Program-made: the position numbers and the translations under genes
The notes under the pieces: model-generated
Told to the model about the DNA's origin: nothing
What the model saw: only the letters and a program-made list of their open reading frames with translations
Database searches by the model: none
NCBI GenBank assembly: GCA_963783385.1
Contig: CAWANJ010000009.1
Location: forward strand, 256,001-320,000
Direction: 5' to 3'
Origin: an uncultured Gemmatimonadales bacterium
Lineage (GTDB): Bacteria; Gemmatimonadota; Gemmatimonadetes; Palauibacterales; Palauibacteraceae
DNA length: 64,000 bases
In this document: one piece after another, positions 32,707-42,903 of the stretch
How the letters are laid out: each line of letters opens with the position of its first letter
Position numbering within the stretch: position 1 is the stretch's first letter

Positions 32707-33330
32707 GTGATCACACACGCCGAGAGACGCTTCGTACGTTCCGCCGCCACGCGACTCGGGCTCGTGGGGAAAGCCATCGCGTGCGCGCTGCCCGTGGCGG
32801 CGGCGCTCGCCGTCTCCGCCCTGGTGGCCGCGGGATGCGGCAACTCGGGGCTCCTGGCTCCGGTGGCGGACTCGGCGAGCGTGGCCACGCTCGCGGACTT
32901 CCGGACCTCGGACCTGGGCTCCCCCTCCGCGTTCGACATCCTCGCCGGGCGCGCCGTGCGCACCGACATCACCTCGGGCTGGGACTTCCTCTACTACGTG
33001 CAGCCGGACGGCACCATGGAGCTGCGTCCCAGGGACATGGTGCTGGGAGGCACCTCGAGCCAGGGCATCCAGGAGGTGACGGAGTCGTTCGACCAGCTCA
33101 CCGAGGCCCCGTCCGGCGGCTACACGACGGACACGCCGGTCCAGGTCTCCCAGGGAGATGTCCTGGCGGTGGTGAGCCGCTCGGACCCGAACTTCGCCGT
33201 GCAGTGCCGATACTTCATGAAGATGGAGATCACCTCGGTGGACACGGCGGCCGGGACCCTCACGTTCCGCTACCTGACCAATCCCAACTGCGAGCAGCGC
33301 ATCCTCGCGCCCGGACAGGGCGGGGGCTGA
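32707..33330 (+). CDS. Hypothetical lipoprotein (start uncertain)
   Basis: Hydrophobic leader ending in lipobox-like VAAG-C; beta-rich mature part; typical codon usage. Confidence 0.75.
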   Translation: MITHAERRFVRSAATRLGLVGKAIACALPVAAALAVSALVAAGCGNSGLLAPVADSASVATLADFRTSDLGSPSAFDILAGRAVRTDITSGWDFLYYVQPDGTMELRPRDMVLGGTSSQGIQEVTESFDQLTEAPSGGYTTDTPVQVSQGDVLAVVSRSDPNFAVQCRYFMKMEITSVDTAAGTLTFRYLTNPNCEQRILAPGQGGG

Positions 33331-33332
33331 CG

Positions 33333-34613
33333 GTGCTCGACATCAGGGAACTCCGGGCCGACCCGGATGAGGCCCGTCGCCGACTGGCGCGGCGGGGCGA
33401 CCCCGGGATCCTCGAGACGCTCGACGAAGCGCTGCGCCTCGACGGGCGCCGGCGCGAAATCCTGGGCCGGGTGGAGGCGCTACGGGCCGAGCGCAACGAG
33501 GCCTCGAAGGAGATCGGGGTGCGGAAGGGCGCCGGGGAGGACGCCTCGGAGCTGATCGCCGCCATGCGCGGCGTCTCGGACCGTATCGACGAGCTCGACG
33601 ATGAGCTGGGAGGCGTGGAGGGGGCCCTTCGGGCCTGCATGCTGGGCCTCCCCAACCTTCCCGATCCCCGCGTCCCGGAGGGAGGGGAGGGTGCGTTCGA
33701 GGTGCTGCACGCCGAGGGAGGGCACCCCGAGCTCGCCTTCGCGGCCCGGCCGCACTGGGAGGTCGGCGAGGCGCTCGGGATCCTGGACCTGGAGCGGGGC
33801 GCCAAGCTCTCCGGCTCCGGGTTCCCCGTGCTCTTCGGGGACGGCGCGCGGCTCCAGCGCGCCCTGATCGACTTCATGCTGGACCTGCACCGGGACGAGC
33901 ATGGCTACCTCGAGGTCGCTCCGCCCTACATGGTCACCCGCGAGTCGATGACCGGGACCGGCCACCTGCCCAAGTTCGAGACGGACGCGTACAGGACGGA
34001 GCCCGACGATCTCTTTCTGGTGCCGACGGCCGAGGTGCCGGTGACCAACCTGCACCGGGGGGAGATCCTGGACGGGGCGTCCCTTCCGCGAGCCTACGTC
34101 GCCTACACCCCCTGCTTCCGGCGTGAGGCGGGGTCCGCCGGCCGGGACACGCGGGGCCTCCTCCGGGTGCACCAGTTCGACAAGGTCGAGCTCGTCCGCG
34201 TCACCTCGCCGGAGCGCTCGGCAGAGGAGCTGGAGCTCCTCACGGGGCACGCGGAGGAGGTCCTGCGCAGGCTGGAGCTTCCGTTCCGGCGCATCCTCCT
34301 CCCCACCGGAGACCTCGGGTTCGCGAACGCGATCACCTACGACCTCGAGGTGTGGTCGGCCGGGGTGGGGGAGTGGCTCGAGGTGTCGAGCTGCTCGAGT
34401 TACACCGATTACCAGGCTCGCCGCGCCGACATTCGCTTCCGGCGCGGTCCCGGCCAGGGTCCCGAGTTCGCGCACACCCTGAACGGCTCGGGCGTGGCGC
34501 TCGCACGGGTGATCGTCGCCCTCCTCGAGAACGGGCAACGGGAGGACGGATCGGTGGATCTACCCGAGGCGCTGCACCCCTACATGGGTCGCGGGAAGCT
34601 CACGGCCCCGTGA
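33333..34613 (+). CDS. serS: Serine-tRNA ligase
   Basis: LDIRELR, LVPTAEVP, FRREAG...RGLLRVHQFDKVE, EVSSCS, TLNGSG. Confidence 0.97.
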   Translation: MLDIRELRADPDEARRRLARRGDPGILETLDEALRLDGRRREILGRVEALRAERNEASKEIGVRKGAGEDASELIAAMRGVSDRIDELDDELGGVEGALRACMLGLPNLPDPRVPEGGEGAFEVLHAEGGHPELAFAARPHWEVGEALGILDLERGAKLSGSGFPVLFGDGARLQRALIDFMLDLHRDEHGYLEVAPPYMVTRESMTGTGHLPKFETDAYRTEPDDLFLVPTAEVPVTNLHRGEILDGASLPRAYVAYTPCFRREAGSAGRDTRGLLRVHQFDKVELVRVTSPERSAEELELLTGHAEEVLRRLELPFRRILLPTGDLGFANAITYDLEVWSAGVGEWLEVSSCSSYTDYQARRADIRFRRGPGQGPEFAHTLNGSGVALARVIVALLENGQREDGSVDLPEALHPYMGRGKLTAP

Positions 34614-35824
34614 ACCGGCGTGTGGTCCCCGTCGCCGTCGCGGTGGTGAGCGCGGCGGTGCTCCTCTCCTACGTGCTCTACACCCGCCAGCTCAACGACG
34701 TCCTCCGGCGGGACGCCCAGGTGTTCGGTCGCATCTACGGGAGCGCCTTCCAGGGAGCGAGCGTGGAGCCGGGCCGGCGTCCCGAGCTCATGCTCGGCAT
34801 CCTGCAGGAGAGCTCCAAGCTGGAGATCCCCATCGTGCTCACGGATTCGGGGGGAGTGCCGCGCTCGGCACTCAACCTGCCGTTCGACTACGACCTGCGG
34901 GATTCGGCCAGCGTGCGGCGGGTGCGCCGGTACGTCGCCCAGCTCGATGCCCGCAGCGCCCCGATCGGCGTGCCCGAATACGGCATGGTCATCCACGCGG
35001 GCGAGCCGTTGTTCCTGCGTCGGCTCAAGTGGGTGCCGTGGCTGCAGGCGGCGGTGCTGCTGGTCACCGTGCTGGCCGGGGGCTGGGTGATCTACACGTC
35101 CTTCCGGGGCGAGCGGGAGCGCATCTGGTCCGCCATGGCGCGCGAATCGGCCCACCAGATGGGCACGCCGCTCAGCTCGCTGGTGGGCTGGCTCGAGGAA
35201 GTCGAGGCCGGAGTGGGGACCGGGTTCCTGAGGCGGGGCGGCGTGGACCTGGTCGAGGAGATGAAGGCGGACGTCGACCGGCTCCTCAAGGTGTCGCGTC
35301 GCTTCGAGCTCATCGGCCGCTCCCCGGACCTCGAGGCCGTGCGGGTGCAGGAGATCGTCCGCAGGCTCCGCGACTACTTCTCCGTGCGACTGCCGACCCT
35401 CGGGAGCCGCGTCGCGATCCGGCTGGACGTGCCGGATGGGGCGCCCCCCGTGCTCGGCAACGCCACGCTGCTGGAGTGGGCGTTCGAGAACCTCATCAAG
35501 AACGCTCTCGACGCCCTGGCAGGTCGGCGCGGGACCGTCTCCATCACCTGGGCCGGCAGCGAGTTCGGGCGATCGGTCTACCGCGTCACCGACACGGGCC
35601 CGGGCGTCGACCCCGGGGTCAGAAAGCGGCTGTTCGACATCGGCGTCAGCACGAAGGAGCGGGGCTGGGGGGTGGGCCTGTCCCTCACCCGGAGGATCGT
35701 CGAGGAGATGCACCACGGGCGCATCGAGCTCGAGGCGACGGAGGAGGGGAAGGGGGCCAGCTTTCGGATCGAGCTTCCCGATGCGGACGAGGGCGGCGCG
35801 TCGGGCCGCCGGGAGGACGCGTGA
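34610..35824 (+). CDS. Membrane sensor histidine kinase (no response regulator nearby)
   Basis: Two TMs; H-box MARESAHQMGTPLSSL; N-box ENLIKNALDA; DTGPG; GWGVGLSL. Confidence 0.9.
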   Translation: MNRRVVPVAVAVVSAAVLLSYVLYTRQLNDVLRRDAQVFGRIYGSAFQGASVEPGRRPELMLGILQESSKLEIPIVLTDSGGVPRSALNLPFDYDLRDSASVRRVRRYVAQLDARSAPIGVPEYGMVIHAGEPLFLRRLKWVPWLQAAVLLVTVLAGGWVIYTSFRGERERIWSAMARESAHQMGTPLSSLVGWLEEVEAGVGTGFLRRGGVDLVEEMKADVDRLLKVSRRFELIGRSPDLEAVRVQEIVRRLRDYFSVRLPTLGSRVAIRLDVPDGAPPVLGNATLLEWAFENLIKNALDALAGRRGTVSITWAGSEFGRSVYRVTDTGPGVDPGVRKRLFDIGVSTKERGWGVGLSLTRRIVEEMHHGRIELEATEEGKGASFRIELPDADEGGASGRREDA

Positions 35825-38103
35825 GCCGCGGTCCGGCCCTCAATCCGGAACAGCGGGAGGCGGTCGACTACGGAGAGGGGCCCCTCCTCGTGCTCGCCGG
35901 TGCCGGCTCCGGGAAGACGCGCGTGCTCACGGCGCGAATCGCACGGCTGATCGAGGAGGGCGTTCCACCCTTCCGCATCATGGCGGTCACCTTCACCAAC
36001 CGGGCGGCCGGCGAGATGGGCCGCCGGATCGAGGAGCTGCTGGGCGCGCCGCCCACGGGCATGTGGGCGGGGACCTTCCACTCGCTGGGCGCGCGCCTGC
36101 TGCGCCGTGAGGCGGACCACCTGGACCGGGACCCGCACTTCACGATCTACGACGAGGATGACGCGCTCCGGGCCGTCAAGATGGCCATGGAGGAGTCGGG
36201 AGTGGATCCCGACCGCTGGTCGCCGCGCGCGCTCCGCTCCCGGATCAGCCGGGCGAAGGGACAGCTGCTGGGCCCCGAGGCGGTGGACCAGGAGGCTTTC
36301 GATCTCCTCGCCCGCCGCGTGGCCGAGGTCTACCCGGCCTACGAGGCGATCCTCCGTCGGTGCAACGCGTTCGATTTCGATGACCTGCTCGGGCGCCCGG
36401 TCCGACTCCTGGAGGAGCAGGAGGACGTGCGGGGGCGCTACACCGACCGATTTCTGCACGTGCTGGTCGACGAGTACCAGGATACCAACCACGCCCAGTA
36501 CCGTATGGTGCGGGCGCTGGCCTCGGAGCACAAAAACCTGTGCGTGGTCGGGGACGACGACCAGTCCATCTACGGGTGGCGGGGCGCCGACCTGAGGAAC
36601 ATCCTGGACTTCGAGCGCGACTTCCCCGGCGCCCACGTCGTCCGGCTCGAGCGGAACTACCGGTCGACGGAGCCCATCCTCCAGGTGGCCAACGCGGTGA
36701 TCGCTCGCAACACGGCCCGCAAGCCGAAGGAGCTGCGTACGGAGCGCGGCGCGGGAGAGCCGGTGACCGCGGTGCGCACCGGAGACGAGCGCGCCGAGGC
36801 CGAGTTCGCCGTGCGCGAGATCCGACGCCTCGAGGACCGCTACACGCCGGGGAATGTCGCCGTGCTGTATCGGACCAACGCGCAGTCACGGCCTTTTGAG
36901 GAGGCCCTGCGGCGTGCGGCGATCCCCTACCGGATCGTGGGCGGGGTGCGCTTCTACGAGCGTCGGGAGATCCGCGACGTGGTGGCCTACCTTCAGCTGG
37001 TGGTCAATCCGGCCGATGAAGCCGCCTTCCTGCGCGCCGTGGGCTGGCCGCGCCGGGGGGTGGGGAGCGTCACGGTGGAGCGGCTCCTCTCCGCGCGCCG
37101 GGAGGGCGAGACGCTGGTGGACGCGGCGGCGCGCGCGTCCTCGCTGGACGCCGTTCCGACCGCCGGGGCGCGGGCGCTGGAGGGCTTCGCCGGCGTCATC
37201 CTCGAGCTCAACGCCCTGCAACGGGAGGTCACGGCCCGCGAGGTGGCCGCGACCTGCGTCGAGGCGTTCGGGATCCGTGAGGCGCTCGCCGGGGAGGAGG
37301 ACGGGGAGGATCGGCTCGCCAACGTGGAGGAGCTCCTCGGGGCGGTCGCCGAGTTCGATCCGACGGAGCTGGACGAGCGGCCCGACGGGGCGGGGGAGCT
37401 GGAGCTGTTCCTCGAGCGGGTGGCGCTCCTGTCCGACATCGACCGCTGGGACCCCGAGCAGGGCTCGGTATCGCTCATGACACTCCACAACGCCAAGGGG
37501 CTCGAGTTCCCGGTCGTGTTCGTGGCCGGACTCGAGCGAGGGTTGTTCCCACTGGCACGGGCCGAGGCCTCCCCGGACGAGTACGAGGAGGAACGCCGGC
37601 TGTTCTACGTGGGCGTCACGCGGGCGCGCGACCTGCTCTACCTCACGCACGCCGACCGGCGCTGGAGGGCCGGGTCCGGGGGCCAGGCGGAGCCGTCCCC
37701 CTTCCTGGACGAGGTGCCCGAGGAGGCCGTCGAGCGCCGCTGGGTGGGGGGATCGCGGCGGGGCGGCTCCCGCACGGCCGCCTCGCGAGGGTCGCCGGCC
37801 TGGAGGACACGCGACGACGCGAGCGCCGCGTCGTTCTCGTGGCGCGCCGGCGGCGGGTCGGAGTCGACGGCGATCGGCGTGCCGCCCGGCGGTGGCGGTC
37901 CGGGCGAGCTCCGCTACGACTTCGATGACACGCAGGAGACGCTGCGGCTCGAGCCCGGCGAGCGGATCGTGCACCCGTCTTTCGGGGAGGGTACGATCCA
38001 GGGCCGCTCGGGATCCGGACGCGGGACGAAGCTGACCATCGAGTTCGACGAGTCCGGGATCCGCAAGGTGATGGCCGCGTACGCGGATCTGCGACCGGCC
38101 TGA
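35821..38103 (+). CDS. pcrA: UvrD/PcrA ATP-dependent DNA helicase
   Basis: AGAGSGKT, DEYQDTN, GDDDQSIY, NYRST, TLHNAKGLEF, EERRLFYVG.TRA; C-terminal Tudor-like HPSFGEG. Confidence 0.93.
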   Translation: MSRGPALNPEQREAVDYGEGPLLVLAGAGSGKTRVLTARIARLIEEGVPPFRIMAVTFTNRAAGEMGRRIEELLGAPPTGMWAGTFHSLGARLLRREADHLDRDPHFTIYDEDDALRAVKMAMEESGVDPDRWSPRALRSRISRAKGQLLGPEAVDQEAFDLLARRVAEVYPAYEAILRRCNAFDFDDLLGRPVRLLEEQEDVRGRYTDRFLHVLVDEYQDTNHAQYRMVRALASEHKNLCVVGDDDQSIYGWRGADLRNILDFERDFPGAHVVRLERNYRSTEPILQVANAVIARNTARKPKELRTERGAGEPVTAVRTGDERAEAEFAVREIRRLEDRYTPGNVAVLYRTNAQSRPFEEALRRAAIPYRIVGGVRFYERREIRDVVAYLQLVVNPADEAAFLRAVGWPRRGVGSVTVERLLSARREGETLVDAAARASSLDAVPTAGARALEGFAGVILELNALQREVTAREVAATCVEAFGIREALAGEEDGEDRLANVEELLGAVAEFDPTELDERPDGAGELELFLERVALLSDIDRWDPEQGSVSLMTLHNAKGLEFPVVFVAGLERGLFPLARAEASPDEYEEERRLFYVGVTRARDLLYLTHADRRWRAGSGGQAEPSPFLDEVPEEAVERRWVGGSRRGGSRTAASRGSPAWRTRDDASAASFSWRAGGGSESTAIGVPPGGGGPGELRYDFDDTQETLRLEPGERIVHPSFGEGTIQGRSGSGRGTKLTIEFDESGIRKVMAAYADLRPA

Positions 38104-38126
38104 CGGACAGGACGCGAGGGGGAGAG

Positions 38127-38438
38127 GTGGCACGAATCGACGAGGCGGAGGTGCGGCACGTGGCGCGTCTGGCGCGCCTCGAGCTGGACGACGAAGAGCT
38201 CGCGCGTCTGACACGCGAGCTCGAGGGCGTCCTCGCTCACATGGACCGGATCGGCGAGCTGGAGCTGGAGCCGGCCGGGCCGGCTCCAGAGGGCCGGGGC
38301 CTGGAGCCGGTGCTGCGTCCGGATCGACCGGACCCCGATCCGCTGGCGTTCGGACCCGAGGCCATGGCGCCGGACTGGCGTGACGGCTTCTTCGTCGTGC
38401 CCCGCCTGGCGTCGCTCGGCGACCGGGACGCGTCGTGA
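38127..38438 (+). CDS. gatC: Asp/Glu-tRNA amidotransferase subunit C
   Basis: VRHVARLARL, FFVVPR; precedes gatA. Confidence 0.9.
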   Translation: MARIDEAEVRHVARLARLELDDEELARLTRELEGVLAHMDRIGELELEPAGPAPEGRGLEPVLRPDRPDPDPLAFGPEAMAPDWRDGFFVVPRLASLGDRDAS

Positions 38439-39931
38439 GCGGTGATGCCCTGACCAGCCTGGAGGCCTGCCGGGCCTTCCTCCGCGCCGGAGAGGCTGCG
38501 TCCGGGGAGCTGCTCGACGAGGCCCTGAGGCGCAACCAGGCCCTGGACCGGGGGGATCGGCCCCTGCACGCCTTTCTGTCCACCCTGGAGCCCGGGGCGG
38601 AGCCGGGAGACGGCCGCCGGGGACCGGGGGCCGGGGAGAGCGGCGACGAGTCCTCGCTGCGCGGCGTGCCGGTGGCGGTCAAGGACAACCTGTGCACGCC
38701 GGACCTGCCGACCACCTGCGGCTCCCGCATCCTGGAAGGCTACCGATCTCCGTTCACGGCCACGGTCGTACGTCGGCTCGAGCGCGCCGGCGCGCGCGTC
38801 CTGGGGAAGACGAACCTGGACGAGTTCGCCATGGGCTCCTCGACCGAGAACAGCGGGTTCGGGCCGACGCGAAATCCCTACGACCGGGAGCGCGTCCCCG
38901 GGGGCAGCTCCGGGGGCTCGGCGGCCGCGGTCGCTGCCGGCGTGGTCCCGGTCGCCCTGGGGTCCTCCACGGGGGGATCCGTACGTCAGCCGGCGGCCTT
39001 CTGTGGCCTGGTGGGGATCAAGCCCACCTACGGTCGGGTCAGTCGCTACGGACTGGTGGCCTTCGCCTCGAGCCTGGACCAGGTCGGCGTCCTGTCGCGC
39101 ACGGTGCGCGATGGGGCGGTGGTGCTCGAGACGATCGCGGGCTCCGATCCGCGCGACGCCACCTGTCAGGATCGACCGTCGCCCCGGGCCGCGGCCCTCG
39201 ACGAAGTGGACCTGGAAGGCCGCGTCCTCGGGCTTCCGGAAGAGTATCTCGGGGAAGGGTTGGACGATGGGGTCCGTGCCCGGGTGGAGGACCTGGCGCG
39301 CGAAGCGGAGCGGGCCGGAGCCGAGATCCGTCGCGTGTCCCTTCCCTCCACGCCGCTCGCCATCCCGTGCTACTACGTACTGGCGCCCGCCGAGGCGTCC
39401 AGCAACCTGGCTCGCTACGACGGGGTTCGTTACGGGGTGCGGGCCGAGGGCGCACCCGACGCCACCACGCTGTTCGCCCGCACCCGCGGCCAGGGCTTCG
39501 GTACCGAGGTGAAGCGGCGCATCATGCTCGGCACGTACGTGCTGTCGGCGGGCTACTACAATGCCTACTACCGCCGGGCGCAGAGACTTCGGGCCCGGAT
39601 CGCCTCCGAGCTCCACGACGTGTTCGAGGCGGGGGTGGACGCCCTGCTCGCGCCGACCACGCCGACCCCCGCCTTCCGGCTCGGAGACCACGCCTCCGAC
39701 CCGTACGCGATGTACCTGGCGGACGTGTTCACGGTGTCGGCGAACCTGGCCGGCCTGCCGGCGATCTCCATCCCGATCGGGACGGTGGACGGCCTGCCGG
39801 TGGGCGGCCAGCTGCTGTGCCCGCCCTGGGAGGAGGAGCGCATGCTCGGCCTGGCGGCACGGCTGGAGGAGCGCGTGGCGTGGTCGCCGCCCCCCCTCGC
39901 GTCGCGGCCCGAACCGGAGGTGGGAGCTTGA
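38435..39931 (+). CDS. gatA: Amidotransferase subunit A
   Basis: VAVKDN, GKTNLDEFAMGSS, PGGSSGGS, TGGSVRQPA, EVKRRIMLG. Confidence 0.95.
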   Translation: MSGDALTSLEACRAFLRAGEAASGELLDEALRRNQALDRGDRPLHAFLSTLEPGAEPGDGRRGPGAGESGDESSLRGVPVAVKDNLCTPDLPTTCGSRILEGYRSPFTATVVRRLERAGARVLGKTNLDEFAMGSSTENSGFGPTRNPYDRERVPGGSSGGSAAAVAAGVVPVALGSSTGGSVRQPAAFCGLVGIKPTYGRVSRYGLVAFASSLDQVGVLSRTVRDGAVVLETIAGSDPRDATCQDRPSPRAAALDEVDLEGRVLGLPEEYLGEGLDDGVRARVEDLAREAERAGAEIRRVSLPSTPLAIPCYYVLAPAEASSNLARYDGVRYGVRAEGAPDATTLFARTRGQGFGTEVKRRIMLGTYVLSAGYYNAYYRRAQRLRARIASELHDVFEAGVDALLAPTTPTPAFRLGDHASDPYAMYLADVFTVSANLAGLPAISIPIGTVDGLPVGGQLLCPPWEEERMLGLAARLEERVAWSPPPLASRPEPEVGA

Positions 39932-41394
39932 GCGGGGCGGGGAAGCAGGCCGACTGGGAGACGGTGATCGGCGTGGAGGTCCACGTCCAGCTCGGCACGG
40001 CCACGAAGATGTTCTGCGGATGCGAGGCCGCGTACGGTCCGCCTCCCAACACGCGGGTGTGCCCGGTGTGCCTCGGGCTGCCGGGGGCCCTGCCGGTGCC
40101 CAATCGCGAGGCCGTGCGCCTGGCCGTGCGCGCCGCTCTCGCGCTCGAGTGCCGCGTGTTCGATCCCTCGCAGTTCGTCCGGAAGAACTACTTCTATCCG
40201 GACCTGCCCAAGGGCTACCAGATCACCCAGTACGAGCACCCGCTCGCGCGCGACGGGCACGTGGCCCTCCGCGTGGACGGAGTGCCGAGGGACGTCCGGG
40301 TCCGGCGCCTCCACCTCGAGGAGGATGCCGGCAAGTCGCTGCACGACCGCTTTCCAGACTCGACCGCCGTGGACCTGAACCGGGCCGGCGTCCCGCTGGT
40401 CGAGATCGTCACGGAGCCGGACCTTCGTTCCCCCGCCGAAGCGCGCGCGTACCTCGCGCGCCTCAAGCAGCTCCTGGAGCACTACGCGGCGGTGAGCGAC
40501 TGCAACATGGAGGAGGGCAGTCTGCGGGTCGACGCCAACCTGTCGGTGCGGCGCCCGGGCTCCGAAGTCCTTAACACGAAGACTGAGGTGAAGAACCTCA
40601 ACTCCTTCAGCAACGTGGAGAAAGCGCTTTCCTACGAGCGGGATCGCCAGGTGGCCCTGCGGGAAGCGGGGGAGGAGGTGGAGCACGAGACGCGCACCTT
40701 CGAGGCGGCCACGGGCCGCACGCACGGGATGCGCGGGAAGGAGGAGGCCTTCGACTACCGCTACTTCCCGGAGCCGGACCTGCCTCTCCTCGTCCTGGAG
40801 GAGGGTATCGTCGAGACCGTACGCGGAGAGCTGCCCGAGCTGCCACAGGTCGCCGAGGAGCGGCTGCGGGAGGCGTGGGGACTGTCCCTGTACGACGCCG
40901 AGCTGCTGGCCGCGTACCCCCGGCGCCTGGCCTACTTCGAAGCCGTGGTCGCCGACCGCGACGCGGAGTTCGCCAAGCAGGCCGCCAACCTGATCATGGG
41001 CCCCCTGGCCGAGGCCCTCAACCAGCGTGAGCGAGGTGGCACCGAGGACGGGCTCCTGGCTCCCCGGGCCCTGCGCCGTGTCGTGGCGCTGAGGCTCGAC
41101 GGCACGCTGAGCTCGAACAGTGCCGATACCCTGCTGTCCCTTCTCCTCGAGCGGGGAGGTGACCCGGACGAGCTCGTGGAGGCGCACCGGTTGGCCCAGG
41201 TCCGGGACGCGAGCCGGCTGGCGGAGTGGGTGGAGGAGGCGCTCGCGGCGCATCCCGAGGAGGCGGAGCGCTTCCTGTCGGGAGAGGAGAAGCTCCTGGG
41301 CTTCTTCATGGGAGCGGTGATGCGGCGGGCCGGCGGGGCCGCCGACCCCGGTCGGACGCGGGAGCTGCTGCGGGAGAGGCTCGGGGGCGGCTGA
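39928..41394 (+). CDS. gatB: Amidotransferase subunit B
   Basis: IGVEVHVQL, RKNYFYPDLPKGYQITQ, HLEEDAGK, EVKNLNSF, YRYFPEPDL. Confidence 0.96.
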   Translation: MSGAGKQADWETVIGVEVHVQLGTATKMFCGCEAAYGPPPNTRVCPVCLGLPGALPVPNREAVRLAVRAALALECRVFDPSQFVRKNYFYPDLPKGYQITQYEHPLARDGHVALRVDGVPRDVRVRRLHLEEDAGKSLHDRFPDSTAVDLNRAGVPLVEIVTEPDLRSPAEARAYLARLKQLLEHYAAVSDCNMEEGSLRVDANLSVRRPGSEVLNTKTEVKNLNSFSNVEKALSYERDRQVALREAGEEVEHETRTFEAATGRTHGMRGKEEAFDYRYFPEPDLPLLVLEEGIVETVRGELPELPQVAEERLREAWGLSLYDAELLAAYPRRLAYFEAVVADRDAEFAKQAANLIMGPLAEALNQRERGGTEDGLLAPRALRRVVALRLDGTLSSNSADTLLSLLLERGGDPDELVEAHRLAQVRDASRLAEWVEEALAAHPEEAERFLSGEEKLLGFFMGAVMRRAGGAADPGRTRELLRERLGGG

Positions 41395-41451
41395 CCGGGA
41401 AGCCCCGGCCGCGAGGGATCGCTCCGCGCCGTGACGGTGCGGGAGCCGGCG

Positions 41452-42432
41452 TCAGCCCGTGATGCGGGGCGCGGCCCGGGCTCGCAGCCGACCCGTGATG
41501 CGCTCGGCGATCGCGGGCGTCGTTCCCCGCTCCTCCCACAACCCCAGCTCGCGGCCGGCGAGCGGGAAGTGCCGGTTGGCGGCGGCCTGCAGGGCCGTGC
41601 CGGGATCGGGCTCGGAGTCGACCAGGAGCACCTGGCGCCGCACCTGCTTGGCACGCCGGAGGGCCAGCTCGCCGGTGGGGTCCCTGGAGGCCGCAGGCGA
41701 TTCCGATCCCCAGATCAGGTAGCCGGCCGTGTGCTCGAAGGCGTGACGGAAGTAGAACTCCGTCTCGGCCCCCTCCAGGTCCCATCTCGAGTTGTCGATC
41801 ACCGTGTCGAACAGGTTCTGCCACGGCTGGTAGTCGGCCAGGCGGATCATCCCCCGGAAAATGCGCCGGTTGGTCCTGAAGCTGAACAGCGTGCTCGCCA
41901 GCACGCTGTTCAGGAGCTCATCCACGCGCGAATGGTCGAACTCCATGACCAGGCTCCGGGCGAGGCGCGTGTAGTCGGAGCCCACCGCCGCGTCCATCCT
42001 GTGCTCCCAGTAGGAGTGGCCCAGGGCCCGGGTCGAGGACGTGAGCAGCAGCATGCGAGGAACGAAGGATTCGTGCGCCACGACGTCTGCGGCCAGGTGA
42101 CAGAGGTAGCCGAGCGCTCCGGCCTGCAGGGCGGCGTCGTCCTCGGCGGCCTCCAGCATCTCCTCGCCGATGTGCCACGCGTGCGGGTGCCGGTCCATGG
42201 GGGCGTAGCGCTTGGCCATGGAGATGTCGGCGGCCAGGTTACCGTACAGGAACTCGAGGGCGTGCTCGGAGAGGAGGCCGGCCAGGGAGGCCGGCAGCAG
42301 CTCCAGCGACCGGAGCACCTCCAGGCCCAGGAAGACGTGAGTGCCGGGTCCCCATGCGAACAGGGCGTGCGGCTGGGCGAACAGCAGCAGCGCGGCCAGG
42401 AGCGTCCCGGCCACGACCACCTTACGGCTCAC
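41452..42432 (-). CDS. Zinc-dependent phospholipase C / P1-nuclease superfamily protein
   Basis: Signal peptide then WGPGTH; GNLAAD; GYLCHLAADVVAH; H.YWE. Confidence 0.78.
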   Translation of the reverse strand: MSRKVVVAGTLLAALLLFAQPHALFAWGPGTHVFLGLEVLRSLELLPASLAGLLSEHALEFLYGNLAADISMAKRYAPMDRHPHAWHIGEEMLEAAEDDAALQAGALGYLCHLAADVVAHESFVPRMLLLTSSTRALGHSYWEHRMDAAVGSDYTRLARSLVMEFDHSRVDELLNSVLASTLFSFRTNRRIFRGMIRLADYQPWQNLFDTVIDNSRWDLEGAETEFYFRHAFEHTAGYLIWGSESPAASRDPTGELALRRAKQVRRQVLLVDSEPDPGTALQAAANRHFPLAGRELGLWEERGTTPAIAERITGRLRARAAPRITG

Positions 42433-42447
42433 CCGGACCTCCCCGGA

Positions 42448-42903
42448 TCACGCCGACCTGCGCCCGGACGACCCGCGCTTGCCCCCCCGTCCCCGGCGGG
42501 CCCCGCGCAGAGCGCGCAGCACGGAGGCCGTCGACACGAAGGTCTCCTCGGCCTCCTCCTGGACGACGGCCAGCAGCCCGTTGATCTCCGCGGCACGCTC
42601 CTCGGCCATGGCCAGGATCTCCTCCACCGACTCGGTGGCCCGCTCGACGGCGCGTCCCACGTTCTGGACGTCCATCCGCAGGGAGGACGTCACGAACCGC
42701 ATGTCGTCGGTGGCATCCCCCAGGTGCTCGAGGACGGGCTCGAGTCGGTCCTCGGTGACGCCGAGGATCTTGTCGATGCGGCGCACCATGCCGTCGAAGC
42801 GCCGCAGGGCCGGCAGCGCCCGGACGAGCGCCGCCATGACGCCCACCGTGACGACGATCCACAGCCCCAGGGCTATGATGCCGAGGACACGAAGCACGTC
42901 CAA
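42448..42903 (-). CDS. DUF948-like membrane-anchored coiled-coil protein
   Basis: TTG after GGAGGA; N-terminal TM then heptad helices; basic C-terminal tail. Confidence 0.6.
   Translation of the reverse strand: MDVLRVLGIIALGLWIVVTVGVMAALVRALPALRRFDGMVRRIDKILGVTEDRLEPVLEHLGDATDDMRFVTSSLRMDVQNVGRAVERATESVEEILAMAEERAAEINGLLAVVQEEAEETFVSTASVLRALRGARRGRGGKRGSSGRRSA

Noticed and set aside
38955-38990. GatA reads GSSTGGS rather than GSDTGGS
   Set aside because: The Lys-cisSer-Ser triad motifs are intact, so this is probably tolerated variation.
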